A DNA stretch of 64,000 nt from Octopus sinensis (taxonomy: Eukaryota): positions 60,822,001-60,886,000 of the forward strand of contig NC_043009.1 of the NCBI RefSeq assembly GCF_006345805.1, read 5' to 3'. This document shows, one piece after another, positions 1 through 12,659 of the stretch. How positions within the stretch are numbered: the stretch's first letter is position 1; the number at the start of each line of letters is the position of its first letter. The notes under the pieces were generated by a model. That model searched no databases, was not told the origin of the DNA, and worked only from the letters and a program-made list of their open reading frames with translations. The position numbers and the translations under genes were made by a program.

Positions 1-735
1 TTGCCCAGCAGGCTAACGTTTCTGCCAGATCACTTGCCTCATAATAATTGCTTCAAATTTTGACACAAGGCCTACAATTTGGGGGAATTGGGAGGAAGGG
101 TGGGGTCAGCAGATCACATCACCCACCACCACCACCACACACACTATTTGACTGGTACTGGATTTCATTGATGTTGAAAGATCAGCAAAGCTAACCCCAG
201 TAGAATTTGATCTCAGAGTGTAAGGAACTAGACCAAATACCACACAGTATATTTTCTGACACATTAATGCTTCTGCCAATTCAACCACCTTAATAATAAC
301 AACAACTATCCTTTCTACTGTAAAAACAAGGCCTGACATTTGGTGGGGGAGGCCAGCCTAATTGATTACACCCCCCCCCCACCCCCAGTACTTATTTTAT
401 TGACATTGGGAAGAAAAAAAAATGAAAAGCAAGGTTGACCTCGGCAGAATTTGAACTGAGAACAGAGAGACAAACGAAGGACCACTAAGTATTTTGTTTG
501 GTGTGCTACTGATTCTGCCAGCTCACCACCTTCAATAATTCTTTCTACTATAGGCGCAAGGTCTGAAATTTTTTAAGGGCTGGAGCTAGTTGATTATATC
601 AACCCTGAAAGGATGAAAGGCAAAGTCGACCTCAGCAGAATCTGAACTCAGAACGTGAAAAAAAAAAAATGAAACATCACCAAGCATTTTGCCCAGCAAT
701 GCTACCAAGTCTGCCACCTCACTGCTTTTACCTCT
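1..735 (-). mobile_element. Cluster of about 3-4 head-to-tail, diverged SINE-A copies (tRNA-headed SINE)
   Basis: Repeated reverse-complement motif aaaggcaaagtcgacctcggcagaatttgaactcagaac...gcattttgcccagc...tctgccagctcaccacc at ~150-290, ~420-535 and ~600-720; head fragment at 1-40. Confidence 0.85.
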
Positions 736-940
736 TTAGTGTCAAAATAATACTTACTAATTCATATTGTTTCCAATTAACGAAGCATTATTTTGTTGCT
801 TCAATATTTTGATGATGTGATCCTTTATTTTTAGAATGACATTATAAGGTTGATGAGAGAGACCGGATCTAACCAGTTTGAACATGAAACATGTAGAATT
901 ATTCGGCCAGATTTCGCCAGTTTAAATGCTACATGGTTAA

Positions 941-1167
941 TTAACCCTTTTAGCATTCAGATTATTCTGTCAAACGCAATGCTAATTCATTCATATTGTT
1001 TTGAATTAATCTTGCATAATCTTGTAGCTTTCAGGTTTTGATGAGGTAACTTAATTCTTAGAATGACATTGTAGGGTTGATGTGAGAGGCCAGATCCGAT
1101 TGGCTTGAGCATAAAACAGGTAGAATATTTTGGCCAGATATGGCCAGTTTAAATGTTAAAGGCTTAA
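941..1167. mobile_element. TTAA-flanked MITE (piggyBac-like non-autonomous, family 2)
   Basis: Begins ttaacccttttagcatt and ends aatgttaaaggcttaa. Related copies at ~21900-22350 and ~58938-59157, and a partial copy at ~770-925. Confidence 0.7.
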
Positions 1168-1189
1168 TAATAATAATAATAATAATAAT

Positions 1190-1415
1190 AATGGTTTTGG
1201 ATTTTGCCACAAGGACAGCAATTTTGAGGGGGAGGGAATGTGTTGATTACATTGACCCAGTGTTCAACTGCTCCTTATTTTATCAACCCCAAAAGGATGA
1301 AAGGTAAAGTCAACCTCGGCGGAATTTGAACTCAGAACATCAAGATGAACAAAATGCCGCTAAACATTAAGCATTTCGCCCGGTGTGCTAACGATTCTGT
1401 CAGCTCGCCACCTTA
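1190..1415 (-). mobile_element. SINE-A copy with (AAT)n tail
   Basis: Same SINE-A core; flanked by aat repeats. Confidence 0.85.
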
Positions 1416-2609
1416 ATAATAATAATAACGAATATATTATTTGGAAAATTGAAAATAAACTAGCAAACTAATGGTGGTAATAAAAGATTTGAATACTGGT
1501 AACTTTTAGTTAGCTCAAAAGACATTCATTCATTCATTTATCGATCCAGCAACAGCAGCCCTGGGGCAGATGTAATCGACTTAACTACTTCTGGACATGA
1601 GTATAAAAAACAGCTTCCATCTGCCAAGTCATGTGGAGCAGGTGTGGAAGAGTAAACTCATCAAACCAGTATGATCTCAAGCTGAAATGCACATCAGAAA
1701 GGAGGTTGGTGGAGAGAACATGCTGAGATCTTCATCCTGCAGTGGACCAAACAGAAGCAATTCAATCCAGATTCTACTTTTAGCCTGTAATGATTGTTTT
1801 GGCTTGAATTTGAGCTACACACGCACAATTGTTTATTAATTGAATAGGTGCCATGTTGTTACTGCAAATGGCCCTTGGAATGTTCTGAGTTGATTTTGTC
1901 TTTTTTAATTATGTAAACAGAAATAAATGAGGTTACAAGATAAAGATTCCGGAGATATAGAAGAGATATCAGTGAGAGTAACTCATGTATCAAGAAGTTA
2001 TCCATCATGAAAAATGTGTTGATTACCATTGATTGAAACCCAGCAGAAGGTCCAGGCCATGCTGCAGGGTTGCCACTTGTGTACCTGAATGACACTGAGA
2101 GCTGTGCCAGCAGAACACAAGCTCTTGGGTGGGGCTACCCATGCAGGGTAGTTCAAAGGATAGAGGCCAGACTAATATGGACTACCTCATTCCAGGGTAA
2201 AAATGGGTTTGCAAAGGGCCAACATCCAATTAAAAAAAATTTTTTTAATTAAAAAGTTATAAACATATTCAATGACAATTCAAAACAACAGAACCTGCGA
2301 GAGGGAAAAAGACACCCCAGAATCAAGAAAAAGGAATGAAAAGTCATTGACAACCCACCTATGCCCCCCACAAGGAGCAAAGGGCTTAAAAAAGGTATGG
2401 ATTCAAACAAGTGGCAAATTGCAAAAAATTATCCAGAAGACATCAAATGAAAATGAGAAATGCAAAGATATGAACAGGTGCAATAGAAATTTAACAGATG
2501 ATTAATATTCTGAACAACAACATCAAAAAAATGATCTTCTTGAAAGCAGTTGCTCAAAAATCTGCAATTTGAATATCTTATTATCCTTTATTTGTTTTTG
2601 TCATTAGAT

Positions 2610-2945
2610 TGTGGCCATGCTGGGGCACCACTATGGAGAATTTTAATCAAACATATCAACCCCAGTAGTTATTTTTTTTAAGCCTGGTACTTATTTTATC
2701 AGTCTCTTTTTTTTTCTTTTTTGCCAAACTGCTAAGTTACAGGGACATAAACACAGACAAAAAAAACACAGATATATGTATATAAGATGGGTTTCTTTCT
2801 GTTTCCATTTACCAAATCCACTCACAAGGCTTTGGTCAGGCCAAAGCTAGAATAGAAGAAACTTGCCCAAGGTACCATGCAGTAGGACTGAACCCGAAAG
2901 CATGTGGTTGAGAAGCAAACTTCTTACCACACAGCCACACCTATC
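2610..2945 (-). mobile_element. SINE-B (tRNA head plus CORE-like cttgggcaagt block)
   Basis: Reverse complement of the family best preserved at 25785-26180. Confidence 0.8.
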
Positions 2946-4042
2946 AATATACGATGTTTTACTTGGATCATTTTTTTCCTTTTTTCTGGATAAATTTTTT
3001 AACTAAATTATTTGAAAATAACTTCTAGTTTACAACAATACTTTTTCTTCTACATTAATACCAAAGTTCATTTATATATCCTTTTATATTCTATATACAC
3101 AATTTTACATACATTTCTTTGTTTTGATTTGTTCAGTAAAATATAGGAAAGAAAAAAAAAAAAAGATTTTTTCATGTACGGAAGGATTTTATCCTAACAA
3201 TATTTTCATGGTTTTGTTTCCTTTTCTGACACTCCATTCCAGTAATCATTATTCATCACAAAATAATGAGCTGGCACAATTCTTAGCATGTCAGACAAAA
3301 TACTTAGCAGCATTGCTTCCAACATTTTATGTTCTAAGTTCAAATTCTGCTGGAGTCAAATTTCTCTTCTGTTCTTTCAGGATCAATGAAATAAGTTTAG
3401 TTGAACGGTGAGGTCAATATAATTAACTTAGCCCTTAATCCCCAAGCTAAAATTGCTTGATCTGTGCCAAAATTTGAAACAGCTATTCCACACATCTTTA
3501 ACACTGATAGAAAGAGAAAGTTTATATTCTCTAACTCCAGTTTCAATACCTCGTTCAAGCACCTGATTTAATAATCAGGTGGCATTCTGATTTTGATGCT
3601 GGCAATCTGGTGACGAATCGGTTGATGTTAAATTAACCAATAATGAACTAACAGGTAAGAAAATAACCTCATGCCTTACACACACACACACACACACACA
3701 CACAGATATATGCATGTCTGTCTTCACGAAATGTGCATGTTTAAGGTATGTGTGCATGTGTACATACACACACATCGAGATCAAATTTAAGATTTGGATG
3801 TATGTGTATATATATGCATATGTATGTGTGTGTGTATGTATACACACATATATTAAATATATATATATTGTATAATTTACTTTTCCGTTAAGGTAAGATC
3901 AACAAAAAAAGTACTCCATCTGGTGAGAGATATATATATATTGTTTAATGTACAGAGTATATAGTTATGAGCTACCTACTAAGAGCAGGTCACAACTATA
4001 TACTGTGTACATTAAATTTTATACATATATATATATATATAT

Positions 4043-4177
4043 ATAGAATGGTTGTATACTGTCAATCTAACGTGAACGTGACAGTAGGGGATTACACCTC
4101 CGCTGTTTAGCCCTAGGAAGTGGTGTAATCCTCTACTGTCACGTTCACGTTAGATTGACAGTATACAACCATTCTAT
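4043..4177. mobile_element. Fold-back element/MITE: 56-bp inverted arms, 23-nt loop
   Basis: 4043-4098 (atagaatggttgtatactgtcaatctaacgtgaacgtgacagtaggggattacacc) is the reverse complement of 4122-4177 with one mismatch (4088/4132). Confidence 0.8.
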
Positions 4178-4230
4178 TGCCCCACCACCGTACATATCTC
4201 TATGAGATATTTAGAAATTTAATATTTCTG

Positions 4231-4285
<55 letters not shown>

Positions 4286-5193
4286 CTTTTTGCGAAACAA
4301 CCTGCAAAAACTTTGGACATGTGTTTGGGGTGTGACAAAAAAGGAAAAAAAAACATCATTATAATTGATGTGTGAGGTTTTGCATGTGTTTCTGTGTGTG
4401 TGTGTGTGTGTGTGCATGGAGGAAGTTCATGTAGCTGTGTATGTCTACACAAACTGAGACCAACACAACATTCGATTATTTTCAACGACTGTGGTTGTAT
4501 TGTCTATGCACGTGTATGTTTGCAATGTGTGGGTGTAAGTATGCATAAATGTACACCTATACAGTTGTGCATTTATACCTGTATGTTTGATTAAGTGAGT
4601 GTGTGTATGCATAAATGTACACCTATACATTTGTACCTGTATGTTTGATTAAGTGAGTGTGTGTATATACATATATCTATATGTATGTGTATGAAAGTGT
4701 GTATCTATGTGTTTATATTTATATGTTTGGGTGTGCGTGTGTTGCGTGTTGTTTTTTTAGGGTTTTTTTTTCTAAAGAGATACAATAAATAAGCAAAGAG
4801 ACAAAATTGAAAATTGATCCGAAGTTATTAATAGGAAAGTGAAACTGTCAATCAATAAATAAGGTCCGGGTTATATAAATATTTGCAGATGATGGGAGGT
4901 AACTCTGCTGCCGTCGAGTATTGGTCACCTACCTTCTCTGACGCACACACACACATACATACATACATACTCATACACACACATACTGGTTTCTATTAAA
5001 AACACGTCTGAAAGCTACAATATGTTGATTTTAAACATTTTTCAATCCTTGTAGAGAAGACTTTGCAATTCAAAAAAAAAAAAAAACAATTTCAAAAAAA
5101 AAAAAAAAGGACAGCAGTCATGCTCCACCATTACTGATATCCAAAGACACACAGACAGAGAGCCAATAAGTAACAGACTGCCACGTGTGGTCC

Positions 5194-6687
5194 TCATGAA
5201 ACCAGATCGTCTAACATAATATACTTTATGAGGGGAGACGGTAGTTTGCGCTGTGCTGCCAAATAATTTAGCTTAGCTTGCAGGTCTTCACCAAACATGT
5301 GTCGAATTGCAAGACGTGTAGAATGAGCCAAAGAACACGGGGAATGGATGTAATCGAGAACCCATTTCTCTAAGTCCGGCTGAGCTTGTAAAGCAGCAGG
5401 AAGGTTTTGTTTCCTAAGCCAGATATCTTTCACTGGACACCCAGCACGAATGAGCAGTTTTATAATAGTCTCGTCACCCAATTCAAACGCGTATTGAATA
5501 GGCGTCATTGGTTTTAATAGACAGTATTTATTGCAAGGAATGTTCAATTGACTGTTGGCCCTGAGCAGAAGTCGAATTAAATAGAGGTTTTTAAGCCCAA
5601 CAGCTAAGTAAAGCGGTGTTTGTCCCATTTTACCTTCAGTACGTATCCTAACGCCACTCTCGAGAAGAAGTTCCAAGATTTTCAACGACTGAGATAGAAT
5701 CGGTAACAAAACAAGTGGAACTTTCTTTTGTTTGTTTCTGTAATTGATGTCTGCCCCAAACTGAATGAGAATATTAACAAGATCGTAGTTATTGTCGTTC
5801 ACAGCAATCCACAACGGTGTCTCGTCTAAATTGTTCTTTATATTTAAATTGGCTTTTGCTGCTAGCAGATGAATTACAGCTTTTATATCACCCTTTGCTG
5901 TTGCAATGTGCAGCGGTGTTGATCCGTCGACGTTGCAGATGTCTGGAGATGCACCCGCATCCAGCAACAGCTTCAGACTTGAGTAGTTTACTGTTTTATT
6001 AGAGACAACTAACAAGAGGGGAGTGAGTCCGTTGGTATACACAGCATTCACATCAGCACCACCATTCACTAATAAACATATCAAAGCAGGGTCTTCTTTA
6101 ACAACGGCCAGGTAAAGAGGTGACAGGTTGATGTTTGGACATATATTGCAATCACAGCCAATGTCAACGAGAAACTTGAGAGTTTTATAGAATTGTAGCT
6201 TCAATCCGGTCTGATAGCAGAGTAAAGCCCTTAGTAAAGGAGTTAATCCCTGCTTATTGACGGCATCCTTCACTGCATCATCATAATCTAACAAAACTTT
6301 GGTGCACATATGATGTGCATACATGGCAGCCAGATGCAGTGCCGAATCACCATTTTTGTCAGGCAAACTCACTTCAGCACCATAACGAATTAGTAGATGA
6401 AGGCCTTCAACAACTCCATTTTTCACCATAATATGGATTCCAGCCTGACTAAGGTGCCATGACTGAACAAATGGCTCGTTAAAGCGATGATTTACCACGG
6501 TTGGAGTAGATTGTAAAATCTTTTCTACAGCACTCAGATCATTGTTGATCAATGCTTGGTAGAAGTTGTAGACTACGGCAACAACTCCATTCAGAGGTAA
6601 CATAGAGCTGTCATCGTTATCACAGGGCAGTGAGAGAGAATCACATAGAAAGAGAGGCGGTTCACTCAGCTTCGGAAACTGCTCCAT
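5194..6687 (-). CDS. Ankyrin repeat and SOCS box protein (ASB family), 497 aa, single coding exon
   Basis: Intact 1494-nt ORF with about 10 ankyrin repeats (GDSALHLAA, GLTPLLRA, GSTPLHIA, GQTPLYLA) and a C-terminal SOCS box (BC-box PCSLAHSTRLAIR; Cul5-box LPSP). An in-frame TGA lies just upstream of the ATG. No specific vertebrate ASB orthologue can be assigned. Confidence 0.95.
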   Translation of the reverse strand: MEQFPKLSEPPLFLCDSLSLPCDNDDSSMLPLNGVVAVVYNFYQALINNDLSAVEKILQSTPTVVNHRFNEPFVQSWHLSQAGIHIMVKNGVVEGLHLLIRYGAEVSLPDKNGDSALHLAAMYAHHMCTKVLLDYDDAVKDAVNKQGLTPLLRALLCYQTGLKLQFYKTLKFLVDIGCDCNICPNINLSPLYLAVVKEDPALICLLVNGGADVNAVYTNGLTPLLLVVSNKTVNYSSLKLLLDAGASPDICNVDGSTPLHIATAKGDIKAVIHLLAAKANLNIKNNLDETPLWIAVNDNNYDLVNILIQFGADINYRNKQKKVPLVLLPILSQSLKILELLLESGVRIRTEGKMGQTPLYLAVGLKNLYLIRLLLRANSQLNIPCNKYCLLKPMTPIQYAFELGDETIIKLLIRAGCPVKDIWLRKQNLPAALQAQPDLEKWVLDYIHSPCSLAHSTRLAIRHMFGEDLQAKLNYLAAQRKLPSPLIKYIMLDDLVS

Positions 6688-6712
6688 GATTCCAGCTCAC
6701 TCCAAAAGAACT

Positions 6713-6730
6713 CTGAAAGAGGAGAAAAGT
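6713..6730 (-). other. Splice acceptor 25 nt upstream of the ASB ATG (5'UTR intron)
   Basis: Minus strand reads cttttctcctctttcag|agttcttttggagtgagctggaatcATG: polypyrimidine tract plus CAG. Confidence 0.75.
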
Positions 6731-7260
6731 AGGTTTTAAGCTAGAGACCTCCAAATCTTTGAAGAGGGTGTTATTGAAAAGAATTCAAATTTAAATTAAA
6801 CAATCTAATTAATAAACAGTAGCTTTATCCAACCCTAATATTCAATATCATAAAAATGTACAGAGGTAAAAAATAATTCAAATGGATTAGGCATAGAGCT
6901 ACCAACTGATGTGTTTTCAGTTCATATTCTACAGAAGGTCTTTCATGGTACCTCTTAAAAAGAAAAAAAACCCATCACTCTGCATTTCCTTACTTTACAG
7001 AGCTAGTAAAGTTAGTACTAGAGCTGCTGAAGGAAAATACAGTTACAGTAGACTAGCTTCCCAGCCAGGAAGATAATCATTTTACTGCTCTTGTAAATGC
7101 AGAGACTGCAGTCAATTAATTCATACTTAATATAATTAAAAGTAATTTATTCTATTGCACCCTAGAAATGATGAAACATATCTCAACAATATTTGAAACA
7201 CCACATTAGATTGCATAAGCTACCGAGAGAGCCTAATTGGTCACTCAAACAATAACAGCC

Positions 7261-7442
7261 AAACTCCCTCATGTCATGCCCCCACTGTCTTAAAAAAAGA
7301 AAAGAGGAATTTTGAGATGCTCTGTGTTTCTTTCAATTACTTTAAATATAACAAAGAATTTCGTAAAATAACTTAGTTATCATTCAGCTAAACTCCCTCA
7401 TGTCATGCCCCCACTGTCTTAAAAAAAGAAAAGAGGAATTTT
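7261..7442. repeat. 53-bp perfect direct repeat flanking a 76-bp MITE-internal fragment
   Basis: 7261-7313 = 7390-7442; the insert 7314-7389 matches the MITE internal sequence at ~8915-8990. Confidence 0.9.
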
Positions 7443-8062
7443 AAAATGTGATCATGTGTATACAAATAGACCAAAAGGTCAAGTGTAAGAAATGCAATGA
7501 CCATAGGTCAGGTGGATCAAGGCTGATTTTGAGTTAAACAACAATAACAAAGTATCTATCTAGTTGAGAACTGTAACAGCTATATGACACTTCCACCAAA
7601 AAATATAATACCTGAAGAATCGGTAGAGGAGAGACAGAATGAGGTGTGTGTGTGTGCATCTGTGTCATAAAACTATTCTTACAAAATTAACATAGAAAAA
7701 AACAGATCCTTGAGCAATACTAACCATATTCCTACTAGTTAAAGTGGCCAACTAGACCACCACATAAGACTGATATTTGACTTACAGTAGGGTGGAGACA
7801 GCTTTGAGAGTTAAGTGCATTGGTGATATCCTCATGCAGTAATATGATCTGGCTGTCCATTACCTATCCTATTCCCTCAGCCATCTACTCAAAAATCTTA
7901 TCACATCATCATCATTATTTCATGTCTACTTTCCATGCTGGCATAGGTAGGATGGTCTGACACACAAGTGGTGAGCTGTAAAGCTGTGTCGGCTCAAATC
8001 ATCTTTGGCATGATTTCTATGGCTATGCGCCCTTCCTATATATCATCATCATCATCATCATT

Positions 8063-9108
8063 TAACCCTTTCGTTACTGTGTTTATTTTGAGATGCTTTG
8101 TTTCTTTCAATTACTTTAAATATGACAGACCTCGTGCCGGTGGCACGTAAAAAGCACCATCCGTTCGTGTTCGTTGCCAGCCTCGCCTGGCCCTCGTGCC
8201 GGTGGCACATAAAAAGCACCATCCGTTCGTGGCCGTTTGCCAGCTCTGTCTGGCACCTGTGCGGGTGGCACGTAAAAAGCACCCACTACACTCACGGAGT
8301 GGTTGGCGTTAGGAAGGGCATCCAGCCGTAGAAACACTGCCAGGTTTGACTGGGCCTGATGAAGCCTTCTGGCTTCACAGACCCCAGTAGAACCGTCCAA
8401 CCCATGCTAGCATGGAAAACGGACGCTAAACGATAATGATGATCATGATGATGACAAAGAATTTAGTAAAATAACTTAGTTATCATTAAGCTAGTGTTAG
8501 GAACATAAATTGTGACTAAGGTTTGGTGGAAGATTTTAATTCAAAATTTATGAAAAGTTATTTGTATTACAGAGCCAGAAGCTGATTCAGCTGGGTTGGT
8601 AACGAAAGGGTTAAGAATAGTTTCTCTATTATATATTTTAACTCTTTAGTTACCATATTTCTGTTGAGATGCTCTGTGTTTCTTTCAATTACATTAAATA
8701 TAACAAAGAATTTAGTAAAATAACTTAGCTATCATTCAGCTAGTGTTAGGAACATAAATTGTGACTAAGGTTTGGTGGAAGATTTTAATTCAAAATTATG
8801 AAAAGTTATTTGTATTACAGAGCCAGAAGCTGTTTCAGCTGGGTTGGTATTGAAAGGGTTAAGAATAGTTTCTCTATTATATATTTTAACTCTTTAGTTA
8901 CCATATTTCTGTTGAGATGCTCTGTGTTTCTTTCAATTACTTTAAATATAAAAAAGAATTTAGTAAAATAACTTAGTTATCATTCAGCTAGTGTTAGGAA
9001 CATAAATTGTGACTAAGGTTTGGTGGAAGATTTTAATTCAAAACTTATGAAAACAAGACATTTGTACTACAGAGCCAGTTTCAGCCGGGTTGGTAACAAA
9101 AGAGTTAA
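8063..9108. mobile_element. Three tandem TTAA-flanked MITEs (piggyBac-like, family 1); first copy interrupted by SINE-E
   Basis: TIRs ttaa-ccctttcgttac ... gtaacgaaaggg-ttaa. Copies at 8063-8614, 8638-8862 and 8886-9108; period about 248 bp with an identical spacer. Confidence 0.85.
8128..8455 (+). mobile_element. SINE-E (internal ~62-nt tandem units; ggaagggcatcc tail ending in (GAT)n)
   Basis: gtggttggcgttaggaagggcatccagc...cccatgctagcatggaaaacggacgctaaacgat(gat)n; many copies in the window. Confidence 0.85.
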
Positions 9109-9479
9109 TGTCCATTTAATGTCCACATTCTCTGCAGGTATAGGTTGGATGGTTTGACAAGATCCGATGCATCCAAGGACTACATCATGCACTAATGTCT
9201 GCTTTGGCATGGTTTCTACACCTTGATGCCCTTCCTAACATCAACCACTTTACAGAGTGTAGTGGGCACTATTTTCATGGCACCAACACTAATGAGGTTG
9301 CCGTGTAACTTGCTAGACAGAAAAAAAACAGCACGAAAAGGTAAAGGAACAAGCTGCCACCCCTAAGAGGAAGGATTTGGCTAATTTAAAAGTGCTACGT
9401 AATTCAAAAATGGGCCACTATGATTATTTATTGGTGTTCTGAAATAACAAATGCGAAGGAGAATAATGCTATTTACAAG

Positions 9480-9514
<35 letters not shown>

Positions 9515-10479
9515 AAAAGACTAGAACTCAGAAATGCTACCTGGGTTCAAGGTTTTGTGAAATGAAGTGAAACAACTTGGTAGGACGTTTAGAGTGAGAC
9601 AGGGTGGCCAGAGCATGGACATAACATGTAAAAGTAGAGGTTGTGCAAGATATCGGAGGTTTAGCAGTAATAAATGTTGACAGAAGTTTAAAAGAGACAC
9701 AAGGCAACAGGTTTTACAGGTCTTACAAACTAGTAGGGGTTTGTAAGAGGCTACACACTTTCTGATACACATATGGTAGAGGAAATTTTTATGGTCATAA
9801 GATTGTGGTTTCAATTCCCAGTCCAGGCGATGCACTGTGTTCTTGAGCAGAAGACTTCACTCCTCATTTTTGCCAGTCCATTCAGCTGGCAAAAATGAGG
9901 AATCCAGCAATGGACCGACATCCCATCCAGTGGATAAATATATATACACTATAGAAACTAGTCCTCATGTGTCCATAGGGCCCGAGAAGGATGCTTTATT
10001 TTTTATTTATGCATTTGTATCTAGCATGCAGAACAATGTCTCGAGATATTTTCCTACCGGTATTCGCAATGTTGAAGTTTAAGCCCCTCATTAGAATACT
10101 GCTCAACCACATTTTGGACTCTTTAACCTTTTAATCAGAACACTTTACTTCCATGAATTTGATACTGACCCTTTAAGCCACAGATCAATGCAAACCCGTG
10201 GTTCACAACCATTTTTTACCTACAGACTTTCTTCGTTACAGCTTTATTCTGGTGAACCCCAGTAGCCATTTGATGTTTATAAAAGCTAATTTTGCACATT
10301 CCCATTTTCAAAATTCCTATTTTGCTCATCGCACGTTAACCTACATAGGCTGAACTATGCAAAACATTAAAGAAATAAACCTAGCTGTTTCTTACAATTT
10401 TATTTATTTATGCGCCCTTTTCAAGCCTAGCCAGGCTCATGGGCCCAGTTTCCCGGTTTCTGTTACGTATGTGTTCTCC

Positions 10480-10680
10480 CCAGCCAGTCCATCATAGCAT
10501 TACTCAAGAAACAGGAAGAGTGAGAGAAAGTTGGGGCAAAAGAGTACAACAGGGGTCACCACTAACCCCTGCTGGAACCTCTTGAAGCTTTAGGTGTTTT
10601 CGCTCAATAAACACACACTGGGAATCAAAACCTCGATCCTCCGACCGCGAGTCCACTGCCCTAACCACTGGGCCATTACA
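10480..10680 (-). mobile_element. SINE-C, partial
   Basis: Matches the reverse complement of the 5' half of 45268-45651. Confidence 0.75.
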
Positions 10681-11419
10681 TTTCTTACAATACGCACATT
10701 TAAACCAAAACATTATATGGACCAATAAGATACTATTGTGGACCCTAAATTTATTATTTTGTTAGCATGAACCCCCAAAAATCTTATATGAACCCCAAGT
10801 GAAAACCACTGATGTTAACTATAAACTGGACAAAATATTTCTGATAGAAATGGAAACTTCATAAGACACATCACCGAAGACTGAGTCTTTGAATTTCCTT
10901 ATACCACATTCCTGGCATTCTTTTTAAGACGTTCCTTAACTGTAGTTTCTCTCACAAAACAGGAAAAAACATTCTTAGAGGAATCGACCAAGAGAAATGG
11001 AGTTTAGTTGTTGATATTTATAATTTGGTTCAGATAATGTTTATTTTAAATTTCATGCTGCTTTAAACTTCCTAATTATGGAAATTAATTGTTTCAAGGT
11101 AATTATTTCCCCAAATTTTTGAAACATATACCACTCCCGTTGCTGCTGCTAAATATTTCATAATAAACTAAAAAAAATTCAAGAACCATACCCTTTTAGA
11201 TATTTTTCCCATAAGTTTTATTATCGTCCTAATAGTCTGAGGAGATAAGAGACTGTGTGTTTTGTGTTTTAATAAAATCTATTGTTTATCCTATTTCTAT
11301 GTACTGCCATCTGTTTTCATGAGTGTGTGCGTATGTGTGTGTATGAACATTTAATGTGGCTTTAGGGTTAGGTTTTGACTACTATTTCAGTGTGGTGGTA
11401 TCTCTCAGATACCCTAATT

Positions 11420-11427
11420 TATAATTT

Positions 11428-11460
<33 letters not shown>

Positions 11461-11463
11461 ATG

Positions 11464-11510
<47 letters not shown>

Positions 11511-11720
11511 GCCATTTCTCTGCAGACTGAAAAAATTATATATATATATACATACACAGACACACACATACATATAAACACAAATGTACATATTTTCACA
11601 CATATATACATAGAAATACACATATGCTCATATTTACACACACATTATCACCAGTTTGTCTATCTCGATAATTGCCTTACATGCATTACACACACATATA
11701 CAATTATACATACATGCACA
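11420..11720. repeat. (TA)n/(CA)n compound microsatellite
   Basis: Direct inspection; source of spurious YI/HT-rich ORFs. Confidence 0.95.
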
Positions 11721-11809
11721 CACATTCCTAGTTAGTTCACATTACCTTGTGAACTAAAAGTAATAAAAGGAGTTTCATAAATATGCTAACCTACTGGTAT
11801 CATCATCAT

Positions 11810-12140
11810 CATCGTTTAACATCCGCTTTCCATGCTGGCATGGGTTGGAAGATTTGACTGGGGACTGGCAAGCCAGAAGGCTGCACCAGGCTCCAATCTG
11901 ATTTGGCAAGGTTTCTACAGTTGGATGCCCTTCCTAACATCCAACTGTAGTGTAGTGGGTGCTTTCCTAACATCCAACTAAGTGTAGTGGGTGCTTTTTA
12001 CATGCCACCAGCACAGGACCCAGTCAGGTGGTATTGGCATCAACCATGCTTGAATGGTGCTTTTTATGTGCCACTGAGACAGGAGCCAGTCAGGCGGCAC
12101 TGGCAACGACCACACTTGAATGGTGCTTTTTATGTGCCTT
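11810..12140 (-). mobile_element. SINE-E
   Basis: (cat)n-cgtttaacatccgctttccatgctggcatgggttgg...gatgcccttcctaac. Confidence 0.8.
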
Positions 12141-12659
12141 TATTATAAAATTATTATTATTATAATTATTATTAATGATGATGATGATGATGGTGATTAT
12201 TAATTTTATGTCTACTTTTCCATGCTGGTAAATGCTTTATGTAATGTTTTATGACCAGATGCCCTTCTTATTGGCAACCTTCGTAGGACACACAGAGACA
12301 CAACATACCTATTCTAAAGCCAAATTGTATTTATTGCCAACATACTTTTAGACTGAATGTGCACACCTTGTTCTCTTCTATTTCTCTACGAGATGAAGAA
12401 TTTGCTTTCTATCAAAAACCCCATCTGACATACCAAGTTGGGTCAGCAGTATAACATCCTCCTCTTTCATCCTCTGCAGCTTTTAATTTCAAGTTTCACC
12501 AGCTGCTGGTATTTAAGTACCCAAAAGTAGTCAGTCTATTGCAAGCTCACCACTCAAAAGAATTCATACACCCCACGCAAAACCCTCCCAGTATCCTTAC
12601 AAGCATTGTGGAGAGGTATGAGCAATAGTGAAAGAAACCCACTCTAGGGAGCAGCAGTA

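Noticed and set aside
3200-3250. WNG-encoding stretch (YWNGVSEK) as NXT exon 3
   Set aside because: Flanking residues do not resemble NXT and there are no suitable splice sites.
3579-3654. Plus-strand exon (cag|...acag|gtaaga)
   Set aside because: Stops in all three frames and no supporting neighbours. At most a non-coding exon.
6688-6712. In-frame NXT-ASB fusion protein
   Set aside because: The acceptor is 25 nt (or 23 nt) upstream of the ATG, out of frame with the phase-0 NXT donor, and an in-frame TGA precedes the ASB ATG.
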